From an uncultured virus (IMG/VR IMGVR_UViG_3300030060_006470) (taxonomy: Duplodnaviria > Heunggongvirae > Uroviricota > Caudoviricetes), in IMG/VR virus record IMGVR_UViG_3300030060_006470: 64,000 bases of DNA; one strand, written 5' to 3'. The position numbers and the translations under genes were made by a program. The notes beneath the pieces are model-generated. The model did not search any database and was not told where the DNA came from. It worked only from the letters and a program-made list of their open reading frames with translations. Positions 1 to 8,104 of this stretch are shown in pieces (position 1 is the first letter of the stretch; each line of letters opens with the position of its first letter).

Positions 1-51
1 TCTAGAGCGGTATCATGAAAATGGTAAAATAGACTGCAAAGGGATTAGTAT

Positions 52-216
52 ATGAATAAGAAAAATAAAAAAGGTCATAGACATGGTTACTGGGAACATA
101 AATACCCTAAAGGTAAGTTATCGTGTAAACATACCCCCAATAACCGTATGTATCTTGGTTATGTAGAGTGGTACAATACAAATGGTAAAATAGAGTGTAA
201 ACAGATTAGTATATGA
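52..216 (+). CDS. Mini MORN-variant/YwqK-like repeat protein (54 aa)
   Basis: MNKKNKKGHRHGYWEHKYPKGKL...GYVEWYNTNGKIECKQISI; HGYW and YxxNGKI motifs. Confidence 0.7.
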   Translation: MNKKNKKGHRHGYWEHKYPKGKLSCKHTPNNRMYLGYVEWYNTNGKIECKQISI

Positions 217-374
217 ATAGGTGGAATAAAGAAGGTCTGGAGCACGGTTACTATGAATGGAAATCATTAGGTAAGGTATGGATTAAATATGCCCTCAATA
301 ACGGAATGTATCTTGGTTATCTAGAGCGGTATCATGAAAATGGTAAAATAGAGTACAAACAGATTAGTATATGA
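213..374 (+). CDS. Mini MORN-variant/YwqK-like repeat protein (53 aa)
   Basis: MNRWNKEGLEHGYYEW...GYLERYHENGKIEYKQISI; ATGA overlap with neighbours. Confidence 0.7.
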   Translation: MNRWNKEGLEHGYYEWKSLGKVWIKYALNNGMYLGYLERYHENGKIEYKQISI

Positions 375-613
375 TTGTTGAATTAGAGAATAGTGTAAGG
401 GAGGTTAAAAATAAAAATTATTATTGGCCTGATGGTAAACCATGGTATAAGTGTACACAATCTAAGGGTAAAATTCACGGATATATTGAATGGTACCATA
501 GAGATAATGGTGAAATATCTTTCAAGTGTAGCATAAGTAAATCTAAACCTTCTGGCTATAGAGAGGAATATCATGAAAATGGTAACTCATCTCGTAAAGA
601 AATTATATTATGA
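371..613 (+). CDS. MORN-variant repeat protein
   Basis: YWPDGK, HGYIEWYHRDNG and YHENGN motifs. Confidence 0.7.
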   Translation: MIVELENSVREVKNKNYYWPDGKPWYKCTQSKGKIHGYIEWYHRDNGEISFKCSISKSKPSGYREEYHENGNSSRKEIIL

Positions 614-690
614 AAAAAAGTTTATTTATTTTTTGGAGTTTAGTAAAATAATTAGTATGTTTGTGTATAATATTTAAAATTTAATTAATT

Positions 691-924
691 ATGATGAAAA
701 AGGAAGTAGTATTAGAACCTTCAACCAACACACATAAAATTAGTGCTGATGGTGTTGAAGTTAAAGATTTAGGTAATGGTATTTTACATTTAACCGTAAA
801 TGGTGATGGTGTTGTAACTCATGGTGAACATGGTACATTAAAAACTGAAAGTAAAAACGTAATTAAATACGTTCAACAAGAGTTAAACCCTGTGACAAGG
901 AAAATTCAAAATGCTGTTGACTAG
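691..924 (+). CDS. Hypothetical His-motif beta protein, paralogue of 36977-37237
   Basis: HGEHGTL...QQELNP...AVD parallels GEHKTL...QVEYNP...VYD; promoter-like motif upstream. Confidence 0.75.
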   Translation: MMKKEVVLEPSTNTHKISADGVEVKDLGNGILHLTVNGDGVVTHGEHGTLKTESKNVIKYVQQELNPVTRKIQNAVD

Positions 925-1026
925 AATAAGAATTTAATTACATTTATTTTGTGTGTAATATAAGATACACTAGGGTTATTATATATTATTATGGTAACCC
1001 TTTTTTATAAATTATAAATACTTAAG

Positions 1027-1263
1027 ATGAGGATAACTAAAAATAAAGATGGGGTTGTTGTAATTGATATGGAAGGTGCAGTTATTGTTGATGGTGAATC
1101 AAAAGGAAAGCACTTAATTGAAGTTGATAGTGATAATATACTAATAGAGAACTTTGAAATGTATTCATATAGAAAAAAAGTGGGTGGCATTAGGGTTAAC
1201 AAAAACTCAAATGTTGAAAATGTTAAAACTTATTCAAACCTAAAACCTAAGATTCAATTTTAA
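1027..1263 (+). CDS. Hypothetical protein
   Basis: 78-aa ORF, co-oriented with neighbours. Confidence 0.6.
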   Translation: MRITKNKDGVVVIDMEGAVIVDGESKGKHLIEVDSDNILIENFEMYSYRKKVGGIRVNKNSNVENVKTYSNLKPKIQF

Positions 1264-1269
1264 ATTAAT

Positions 1270-1629
1270 ATGAAAAAAAATAGATTTATTAGTTATCTAT
1301 GTAATATTATAATTTATTTAAAACATATTTTTTTAATTAAAAAAGTAAGTGACGATTTAATACCAGTTAAAGAAGCTTATTCTGTTACTGAATTGGGTTA
1401 TATAGGTAGCCCCACTTATTATAGAGTGTTTAAATGGTTTAGAAAAAAATGGGGGTATGTTTCATGGATAGAACAATCTAATGATAGGTTTGTTTATAAG
1501 ATTTACGCTAGAAATGTTTACCATAGACCAATACACACACCATACAAATATCCATACTGCGAAACTTATGAAGAAGCAGAATTAGAATTACTTAAAGAAT
1601 TAATAATAATTGTAAATGAAATAGAGTAA
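1270..1629 (+). CDS. Hypothetical phage protein
   Basis: VFKWFRKKWG...TYEEAELELLKELI pattern, recalled from Bacteroidota phage proteins. Confidence 0.7.
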   Translation: MKKNRFISYLCNIIIYLKHIFLIKKVSDDLIPVKEAYSVTELGYIGSPTYYRVFKWFRKKWGYVSWIEQSNDRFVYKIYARNVYHRPIHTPYKYPYCETYEEAELELLKELIIIVNEIE

Positions 1630-1631
1630 TT

Positions 1632-2000
1632 ATGAAAACAATAGAAATAGATGGAGTAAAATATACATTAACTCCAGTTGATTCAGACGGCAACAATTTA
1701 AATGATTTTCAAAATACATTCTACTATGGAGCATGTAGTGACTGTGGTCATTTCGAATTCTCTGTATTAATAAATGAAGACAACTCAATTGCAGAAGATA
1801 CCCAAGCAATAACATACTCCCCAAAAGGTGCATTATCTAAGGATGGTCAAGAGTATTGGGATAACGCTAACTTCTTAATTGATTTATTAAAAGAAAATAA
1901 CACCCCTGAAGTAAGAGAACTTAAAACTTCTTTTGATTCAGACAAATACAATAGTCTTCGTAAGTTATTGGTTGATGTTAATAAAAGAAATTGGCTATAA
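1632..2000 (+). CDS. Hypothetical protein
   Basis: 122-aa ORF, tightly packed. Confidence 0.7.
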   Translation: MKTIEIDGVKYTLTPVDSDGNNLNDFQNTFYYGACSDCGHFEFSVLINEDNSIAEDTQAITYSPKGALSKDGQEYWDNANFLIDLLKENNTPEVRELKTSFDSDKYNSLRKLLVDVNKRNWL

Positions 2001-2048
2001 ATACAAATAATATTTGGTATTCTAAAATTTATTTATTATATTCACGAT

Positions 2049-2564
2049 ATGGAAAACAATAGTAAAGTATTAATCATAAGTTCAGAAGAGTTAAAAAAAC
2101 TTAAGAGTAAGGAAATAGTTTACCAAGCACATATTATAATATGTGATAATGAGGTCTATAAAAACAGACTTGTATTGTCGGATGATATTGTTTTAGATTG
2201 GGTAATAAATCATCCAGGTAGGATAGAAGAATATATTGATAACCAAGATAGACTTGTTGAAGAAAGACGAAAATCTAACAGTATAGAATTCGCTGATGTA
2301 TCTTTTGAAGATTTAAACAATGAAGTTAAAATAAATATAAATGGGTTATGTGGTAGTGGTAAATCTAATATCGCCTTATTAATACATGATACACTTAAAC
2401 TACATGGTATTAAAACAAATATAAATGATGACGACATAGAATACCAAGATGTGGATATGATGAGAGCAAAAAGAGATAGCATTTTTAATAACTTGTCTAA
2501 AAGAAGTGGCGTAACCATTGACACACACCAGACTAACCGACAAACATATAACTCTGAATTATGA
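2049..2564 (+). CDS. Hypothetical protein with a C-terminal P-loop motif
   Basis: ININGLCGSGKSNIA is Walker A-like. Confidence 0.65.
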   Translation: MENNSKVLIISSEELKKLKSKEIVYQAHIIICDNEVYKNRLVLSDDIVLDWVINHPGRIEEYIDNQDRLVEERRKSNSIEFADVSFEDLNNEVKININGLCGSGKSNIALLIHDTLKLHGIKTNINDDDIEYQDVDMMRAKRDSIFNNLSKRSGVTIDTHQTNRQTYNSEL

Positions 2565-2923
2565 AAAATAAAAGATACCAAGAGTGTAACTCATTAGTAA
2601 AGCTTATAAGGCTCAGACACTACCTGTACGTGCCTTTTAAATGGCTTTGGTTTAAGTATATTAATCCAATAAAAGTAACTAATCACGACACTCTTAAAAT
2701 AGATAATATTAACGGAGTTAATTTAACAAAGCTAATAATTAGTCTATGTAAAAAATACATATTTAGACAACGCAATGTTAAAATACCTAAGTGTATGCTA
2801 TGGTCAGTACTTATAGGGGTGGCCCAAGGTAAAATGAATTGGTATTACACACAAGATGAAGTAATGTTTTTCATAAAAAAGAAAAAATATAAGAAGGAAA
2901 TAACTTGGAATGATGAAAAGTAA
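2561..2923 (+). CDS. Hypothetical protein
   Basis: 120-aa ORF with ATGA overlap. Confidence 0.65.
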   Translation: MKNKRYQECNSLVKLIRLRHYLYVPFKWLWFKYINPIKVTNHDTLKIDNINGVNLTKLIISLCKKYIFRQRNVKIPKCMLWSVLIGVAQGKMNWYYTQDEVMFFIKKKKYKKEITWNDEK

Positions 2924-3149
2924 GAAGATATACCTAATAGAGAAAGGGTGGATTGACCCACTAGAAAATAAAAAAGCGATGGGGTATGAAACACACTCAT
3001 ATACTGAATCAGAAGAAGAAGCAATTAAGTTCTGTGAAAAACATGGATATTGGACAGGTAATGATTGTTGGGAAATAAGTTTAACTCCTAATAACAAAAT
3101 GCCAAAGTATAGATATAGAGAAGTTGAGCAATTAAAAAATATTAAGTAA
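2910..3149 (+). CDS. Hypothetical protein
   Basis: 79-aa ORF. Confidence 0.65.
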   Translation: MMKSKKIYLIEKGWIDPLENKKAMGYETHSYTESEEEAIKFCEKHGYWTGNDCWEISLTPNNKMPKYRYREVEQLKNIK

Positions 3150-3194
3150 CATATAAATTTGTAATTCGCGAATTGAAAACTAAAATCAAGTATT

Positions 3195-3473
3195 ATGATA
3201 AAAGTAATAGTATATAAGGATACTGCAAGAATTAGAAAAAGTGCATTTGAAAGCCTTAATCACAGTACAGTGTGGGAAGAGATGAACAAGACATTAGGGT
3301 TTTACAACCAAGAAGATGCTGAATACTTTGTAAATGCATGGGATGGTAAACATGATTATAGAGAAGCAATGGATAAGGATAAAGAAGTACCTTACGCCGT
3401 TTTTATTGATGCCCCTAATGGTGTATATAGGGATGAGTATGTTAAAGAAATAGGATGGAAACCTTATTGGTAA
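3195..3473 (+). CDS. Hypothetical protein
   Basis: 92-aa ORF whose end runs into a MORN-repeat remnant. Confidence 0.65.
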   Translation: MIKVIVYKDTARIRKSAFESLNHSTVWEEMNKTLGFYNQEDAEYFVNAWDGKHDYREAMDKDKEVPYAVFIDAPNGVYRDEYVKEIGWKPYW

Positions 3474-3497
3474 AATGTATATTAAACAGATTTGTAT

Positions 3498-3665
3498 ATG
3501 GATAGGTGGAATAAAAAAAAGATGGTGGCGCATGGTTACTGGGAACTTAAATATGCTAACGGTAAGGTAGGGTATAAATATACTTACAATAACGGAATGT
3601 ATCTTGGTTATAGAGAGGCGTATGACGCAAATGGTAAAATGTATATTAAACAGATTAGTATATGA
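3498..3665 (+). CDS. Mini MORN-variant repeat protein (55 aa)
   Basis: MDRWNKKKMVAHGYWELKYANGKV...YDANGKMYIKQISI; paralogue of 52-216. Confidence 0.7.
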   Translation: MDRWNKKKMVAHGYWELKYANGKVGYKYTYNNGMYLGYREAYDANGKMYIKQISI

Positions 3666-3823
3666 ATAGGTGTAATAAAAAAGGTCAGAGACATGGTTAC
3701 TGTAAACTTACATACATCGGTAAGGTATGGTATAAATATACTTACAATGACGGAACACCGCTTGGTTATGTAGAGTGGTACCATACAAATGGTAAAATAG
3801 ACTGTAAAGAGATTAATATATAA
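3662..3823 (+). CDS. Mini MORN-variant repeat protein (53 aa)
   Basis: MNRCNKKGQRHGYCKL...WYHTNGKIDCKEINI. Confidence 0.7.
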   Translation: MNRCNKKGQRHGYCKLTYIGKVWYKYTYNDGTPLGYVEWYHTNGKIDCKEINI

Positions 3824-3828
3824 GTAAA

Positions 3829-4011
3829 ATGGATAGAGTAATAATAATAGGAGAAAACGGAACCTTATCGAACAAAAGAGATGAAAATGTTGATATGGTA
3901 ATTAAAGAATATTGTGAAGAGTATAATATTACAAGAGAAGAATTTAATAAAAAAGATTTGAGTATCTATCAAATAGAATTTAAGGGTAACGTAAAAGTTA
4001 AATCAATATAA
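3829..4011 (+). CDS. Hypothetical protein
   Basis: 60-aa ORF followed by a terminator. Confidence 0.6.
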   Translation: MDRVIIIGENGTLSNKRDENVDMVIKEYCEEYNITREEFNKKDLSIYQIEFKGNVKVKSI

Positions 4012-4037
4012 ATAAAATAACATTAAGTAATTAAAGG

Positions 4038-4064
4038 GTCCGTTAAATTAACGGATTTTTTTTT
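4038..4064 (+). terminator. Rho-independent terminator
   Basis: TCCGTTAA-A-TTAACGGA hairpin followed by a T run. Confidence 0.75.
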
Positions 4065-4096
4065 GTTAAAACTCTTTACTTTTTAAAAAAAAGATG

Positions 4097-4104
4097 TATA
4101 TTTG
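4097..4104 (+). promoter_or_regulatory. Bacteroidota-type -7 promoter box for glnB-amtB-porin
   Basis: TATATTTG matches TAnnTTTG, ending 33 bp before the ATG. Confidence 0.6.
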
Positions 4105-4137
4105 CGCCCATAATAATAATATAAATAAATTTTTTTT

Positions 4138-4476
4138 ATGAAAAAAGTAGAAGCCATCATCAGGAAATCTCAGTTTGATGATGTGAAGACTGCGCTCATG
4201 AACGTTAAGGTAACTTTCTTTAGTTACTGGGATGTAACTGGGCACGGTAATGAGAAAACAGGACACGTTTATAGAGGCGTGGAATTCAGTACCAACGATA
4301 TTCAGCGAAGGTACTTATCAATAGTTGTTTCAGACGAATTTCTGGACCGAACTGTAAATGCCATATTAGACTCTGCTTGCACGGACAAGGTGGGTGATGG
4401 TAAGATATTTGTTTCCGATGTTCAGGAAGCGTATAGAATAAGAACCCGTGAAAGGGGAAATCAAACCTTAAACTAA
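4138..4476 (+). CDS. glnB: Nitrogen regulatory protein P-II (GlnB/GlnK family)
   Basis: MKKVEAIIR N-terminus, T-loop YRG, GDGKIFV, RIRTRERG; 112 aa; directly upstream of amtB. Confidence 0.95.
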   Translation: MKKVEAIIRKSQFDDVKTALMNVKVTFFSYWDVTGHGNEKTGHVYRGVEFSTNDIQRRYLSIVVSDEFLDRTVNAILDSACTDKVGDGKIFVSDVQEAYRIRTRERGNQTLN

Positions 4477-4483
4477 GAAAGAT

Positions 4484-5713
4484 ATGGAAATGTTAACAAC
4501 AAACAACATATGGATGATGATTTGTACTGGACTAGTATTTTTCATGCACCTAGGATTTTCATTCTTAGAGATTGGATTGACACGACAAAAGAATACAATT
4601 AATATTCTTTTCAAAAACATCTTCATCATTTGTATGGGGCTATTGGTCTACTATATCGGTGGATTTAACCTCATGTACCCAGGATTCGAAGATGGTGATT
4701 TAGGTATCTTAAAGTTTGCAGGTTTCGGAATTGATGCCCCTGTAAATGGTATGACTGCCGAGTATGCCAGTGGTGGTTACACATGGTGGACAGATTTCCT
4801 TTTCCAAGGAATGTTTGCCGCAACAGCCGCAACTATTGTTTCTGGCGCTGTAGCTGAAAGAATCAAGCTAACAAGCTTCATGTTATTCAGTTTAATTTAT
4901 GTTGGATTAGTATATCCAATAGTAGGTTCCTGGAAATGGGGCGGTGGATTCTTAGATAATCTAGGGTTCTATGACTTTGCTGGAAGTACCTTAGTTCACT
5001 CCGTTGGTGGATGGGCAGCTTTAGTGGCAGTATGGTTATTGGGTGCCAGAATTGGTAAATTTAAACTTGGAAAAACTATACCAATTTTTGGGCATAATAT
5101 CCCTTTCGCTACTGCGGGAGTATTGATTTTATGGTTAGGATGGTTTGGATTTAACGGTGGTTCAGTGCTTAGCGCAGACCCAGCATTAACATCACTAACG
5201 TTAGTCACCACTTGCCTTGCAGCCGCTGCTGGAGGTATAGGTGCCGCAATTACATCTTTTATTAAAGACAAGGCATTTGATTTAACAATGTTCTTGAACG
5301 GAATACTAGGTGGACTAGTTGCCATTACAGCAGGTGCAGACCAAATGTCTCCAAACGAATCGGTAGTTATCGGAATCATTGGAGGTATCTTAGTTGTACT
5401 TGTAGTATCTATGTTAGATAAACTCAAATTAGACGACCCAGTTGGTGCAATTGCAGTACACTTAGGTTGTGGAATATGGGGGACTTTAGCTGTAGGTATC
5501 TTTGGTAACATGGCTGGTGCTGGTCAATTCATGACACAACTTACAGGTGTTTTAGTTATTGGTGCTTTTTGTTTAGTTAGTTCTTTCTTGATTTTATTTG
5601 CTATCAAGAAAACTATGGGACTTAGAGTATCAAAAGAAGAAGAACTTGAAGGTTTAGATAACGCTGAACATGGTATGTCCGCATACCCTGACTTTAGGCT
5701 TAATCAACATTAA
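4484..5713 (+). CDS. amtB: Ammonium transporter
   Basis: FQGMFAATAATIVSGAVAER, DFAGSTLVH, GWFGFNGGS, DDPVGAIAVH; many hydrophobic segments. Confidence 0.97.
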   Translation: MEMLTTNNIWMMICTGLVFFMHLGFSFLEIGLTRQKNTINILFKNIFIICMGLLVYYIGGFNLMYPGFEDGDLGILKFAGFGIDAPVNGMTAEYASGGYTWWTDFLFQGMFAATAATIVSGAVAERIKLTSFMLFSLIYVGLVYPIVGSWKWGGGFLDNLGFYDFAGSTLVHSVGGWAALVAVWLLGARIGKFKLGKTIPIFGHNIPFATAGVLILWLGWFGFNGGSVLSADPALTSLTLVTTCLAAAAGGIGAAITSFIKDKAFDLTMFLNGILGGLVAITAGADQMSPNESVVIGIIGGILVVLVVSMLDKLKLDDPVGAIAVHLGCGIWGTLAVGIFGNMAGAGQFMTQLTGVLVIGAFCLVSSFLILFAIKKTMGLRVSKEEELEGLDNAEHGMSAYPDFRLNQH

Positions 5714-5771
5714 TAACATTAATAACATAAGGGGGTTAATCACCCCCTTTAATTTACATAAAAATTTAAAA

Positions 5772-6776
5772 ATGAAAAAATTAATTACAATCTTACTTGT
5801 TGTACTAGGTACGACATTTATTTACGGTCAAGATAGCTTGGCTACAGAAAAATCAAAACTTTCTTTTGAAGGAAGCGCTGACATTTATTACAGAAGGAAT
5901 TTAAGTACTTCAACTACTGACGTTGCACCTGCAACATCATTTGCCAATTTAAATGGTTTCTCATTAGGTATGTTTAACCTGGTTAGCTCTTATGATACAA
6001 AGAACACAGGATTCGTTGCTGACTTAGTATTTGGACCTCGTGGAGAAGATGCAGTATTCTTGTCTTCAGGTAGTTCTAATATCATCAATCAGTTATACGC
6101 TTACTGGGATGTTAATGACAACCTTACATTTACTATGGGTAACTTTAATACCTTCTTAGGTTATGAAGTTATTTCACCTACAGGAAACTTTAACTATTCA
6201 ACTAGTTATATGTTTTCTTATGGACCATTTTCACACAGTGGACTAAAGGCTGACTTTAATTTATCTGAGAATCTTACAGGTATGTTAGCTGTTTTAAACG
6301 CAACAGACGCTACTGAATACAACCCAACTAACCTAAACACATTAGGTGCTCAGTTAGGTTATAAGGACACGTATCTTAACGCACTTTATGGTAAACAAGA
6401 TTCTAGTTCCGAAGCTACTTTCCAAGTAGATTTAACAGCTGGTTATGATTTATCAGATAAGTTTTATTTAGGTATAAACACAACTTACAATGAAACTGAT
6501 GGTTCTGGATTCTATGGAGCGGCATTATACCCTCAATATAACTTCGGTAAATTAACCACTGGTTTAAGAGGAGAATATTTTGCTGAAACAGGTTCTGGAG
6601 TTGGAGCAATTGGCCCAGATGCGAATGTTATAAACTTTACCGCAACTTTGGATTACGCTATAGAGAATCTAAATCTAAAGTTAGAGTACAGGTTTGACAA
6701 AGCAAGCGAAAAAGTTTTTGAACAAAAGGATAACTTAGCCAGCATTGTATTAGCGGCGGTTTATTCTTTTGACTAA
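5772..6776 (+). CDS. Outer-membrane beta-barrel porin (Amt-associated type)
   Basis: Signal peptide MKKLITILLVVLG; GNFNTFLGYEVISP and YMFSYGPFSHSG motifs; aromatic C-terminus; real start 5772 rather than 5670. Confidence 0.85.
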   Translation: MKKLITILLVVLGTTFIYGQDSLATEKSKLSFEGSADIYYRRNLSTSTTDVAPATSFANLNGFSLGMFNLVSSYDTKNTGFVADLVFGPRGEDAVFLSSGSSNIINQLYAYWDVNDNLTFTMGNFNTFLGYEVISPTGNFNYSTSYMFSYGPFSHSGLKADFNLSENLTGMLAVLNATDATEYNPTNLNTLGAQLGYKDTYLNALYGKQDSSSEATFQVDLTAGYDLSDKFYLGINTTYNETDGSGFYGAALYPQYNFGKLTTGLRGEYFAETGSGVGAIGPDANVINFTATLDYAIENLNLKLEYRFDKASEKVFEQKDNLASIVLAAVYSFD

Positions 6777-6866
6777 AAAATGTGCTTTATAGATGAGTAT
6801 ATCGATGATTTAGCGGTAGATTCAATCATTGATAATCCATTAAATTATAAAATAAATTAGATTTTA

Positions 6867-6898
6867 TTTGGTAGAATGAAATAAAATTAATATATTTG
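6867..6898 (+). promoter_or_regulatory. Bacteroidota consensus promoter in front of the structured RNA
   Basis: TTTG-N20-TATATTTG. Confidence 0.75.
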
Positions 6899-6900
6899 AG

Positions 6901-7114
6901 AAACTCTCCAAGCTGACGGGGAAGCAAGTGAGTATTGGTAATCACTCCAGTTGAAAAAGAATAACAACCAGATTGTTATATCACAACACTACCAAGAAAG
7001 TGTTAGCTTTGACAGAAGATGCCTGACACTGGGATAAGAACCCAGCTCGTTTTGTAGGTGAAGATTGACGTTTAAGTAATCTACGTGGTATTCCACTTGG
7101 GGACTTGGAGAGTT
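6901..7114 (+). ncRNA. Unknown structured RNA family, copy 1
   Basis: 12-bp closing stem AAACTCTCCAAG/CTTGGAGAGTTT plus CAAGTG/CACTTG and AACACT/AGTGTT; conserved blocks recur at 7907 and 49505. Confidence 0.75.
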
Positions 7115-7131
7115 TTTAAAATATTTTAGAT

Positions 7132-7320
7132 ATGGATAATATAGAAAAAGAAATTATAAGAAGATTTAAGCCAAACACTAAATTCATATCATTGTTTGGT
7201 ACTAAGGATGAAGTAAATTTAAAAGATGAATACTACATAAAAAATGGGTGTGGTTTTGTTTTAGGTAAAAAAGAATTTAGAATGATTTATGACAACGGAT
7301 GGTGGGCAGACATTCTATAA
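7132..7320 (+). CDS. Hypothetical protein
   Basis: 62-aa ORF. Confidence 0.6.
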   Translation: MDNIEKEIIRRFKPNTKFISLFGTKDEVNLKDEYYIKNGCGFVLGKKEFRMIYDNGWWADIL

Positions 7321-7352
7321 GAGGACTTGGAGAGTTTTTAAAACATTTAGAT

Positions 7353-7544
7353 ATGGATAAAAATAAGATAAAAGAAAGATTAAGTGATTTAAGGGATGAA
7401 ATTTATAACGCAGAAGATGTGATAGATGGGGCTTATAATAGCAAAGACAAAAATTTCAAGGAGTACAAAGAAATAAACGTTAAATATGATGCTCTTTTAA
7501 AAGATATGAATAAGTTAGTTGGGCTGTTAAACGAGCTTGTTTAA
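7353..7544 (+). CDS. Hypothetical coiled-coil protein
   Basis: Start MDKNKIK in the same duplicated context as 7132. Confidence 0.6.
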   Translation: MDKNKIKERLSDLRDEIYNAEDVIDGAYNSKDKNFKEYKEINVKYDALLKDMNKLVGLLNELV

Positions 7545-7554
7545 AATATTTTAT

Positions 7555-7679
7555 GAGAGAATAGCTCAGTTGGTAGAGCAACCCTATCCTACTTAGTAGA
7601 AAATTGGATAGGTTGAGGATAGCGGTATACAGCTAAAATTGTAAAAAGGTTGCAGGTTCGAGTCCTGTTTTTCTCACCA
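7555..7679 (+). ncRNA. tRNA-like RNA with an expanded, branched anticodon region
   Basis: Acceptor GAGAGAA/TTTTCTC-A-CCA, D-arm GCTCAGTTGGTAGAGC, T-arm GCAGGTTCGAGTCCTGT; ~70-nt middle with no 7-nt anticodon loop. Confidence 0.75.
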
Positions 7680-7711
7680 AATTAATAACGTTCATTAAAA
7701 TATTGAAAATA

Positions 7712-7801
7712 AGTGGTGTAGCTCAGAAAGTATAGGAGCACCTAGCACGGTAACCAACCCGTGGGACGGAGGTACGTTGGGATGAACGCCAACCACCACT
7801 T
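7712..7801 (+). ncRNA. Atypical tRNA-like RNA
   Basis: Acceptor AGTGGTG/CACCACT, D-stem GCTC/GAGC, CACGG/CCGTG arm, T-stem GTTGG/CCAAC with a non-canonical loop. Confidence 0.6.
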
Positions 7802-7906
7802 TAATAAAGTAATATAGCAGAAAGTAACGGGGAGGTTCCGCACGGCAAGAGGTATCTTGAAAGACGTGAAACGCTTGATGCTGGTTGATACGACTATTAC
7901 TATTTT

Positions 7907-8100
7907 AAACTCTCCAAGCTAATGGATGAGCAAGTGAATACGCTTACAGTGCTAGGCTGTCTCAGGAGGAAACAACTCAGGTATCACAACACTCCAAGAA
8001 GTGTTAGCTTTGAAGTTAGATACTTTACAGGACAAGCTCTGCATTCCTTAACCATAGGAAGTATTTATGCGAGTATTCCACTTGGGGACTTGGAGAGTTT
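7907..8100 (+). ncRNA. Unknown structured RNA family, copy 2
   Basis: Same closing stem and conserved blocks as 6901-7114; 3' half nearly identical to copy 3. Confidence 0.75.
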
Positions 8101-8104
8101 TTAT

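Larger units (their letters stand above)
1..374 (+). repeat. Tandem ~160-bp repeat, each unit a ~54-aa MORN-variant-like ORF (first unit truncated by the window edge)
   Basis: Units end AATGGTAAAATAGA...ATTAGTATATGA and overlap the next ATG; further copies at 3468-3823. Confidence 0.85.

Noticed and set aside
1..3823. Diversity-generating retroelement acting on the mini-MORN repeats
   Set aside because: No RT or template repeat is visible, many adenines are invariant, and units differ by codon indels. It cannot be excluded for sequence outside the window.
4996..5511. Minus-strand ORFs opposite amtB, the acyl-CoA dehydrogenase (11640-12101) and many small genes
   Set aside because: Antisense shadows of well-supported plus-strand genes, with no promoter or recognisable motif.
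5670..5771. N-terminal extension of the porin ORF
   Set aside because: It overlaps the end of amtB and a hairpin; the signal peptide starts at 5772.
7555..7679. Canonical or group I intron-containing tRNA
   Set aside because: No 7-nt anticodon loop can be assigned, and the insert is far too short for a self-splicing intron.
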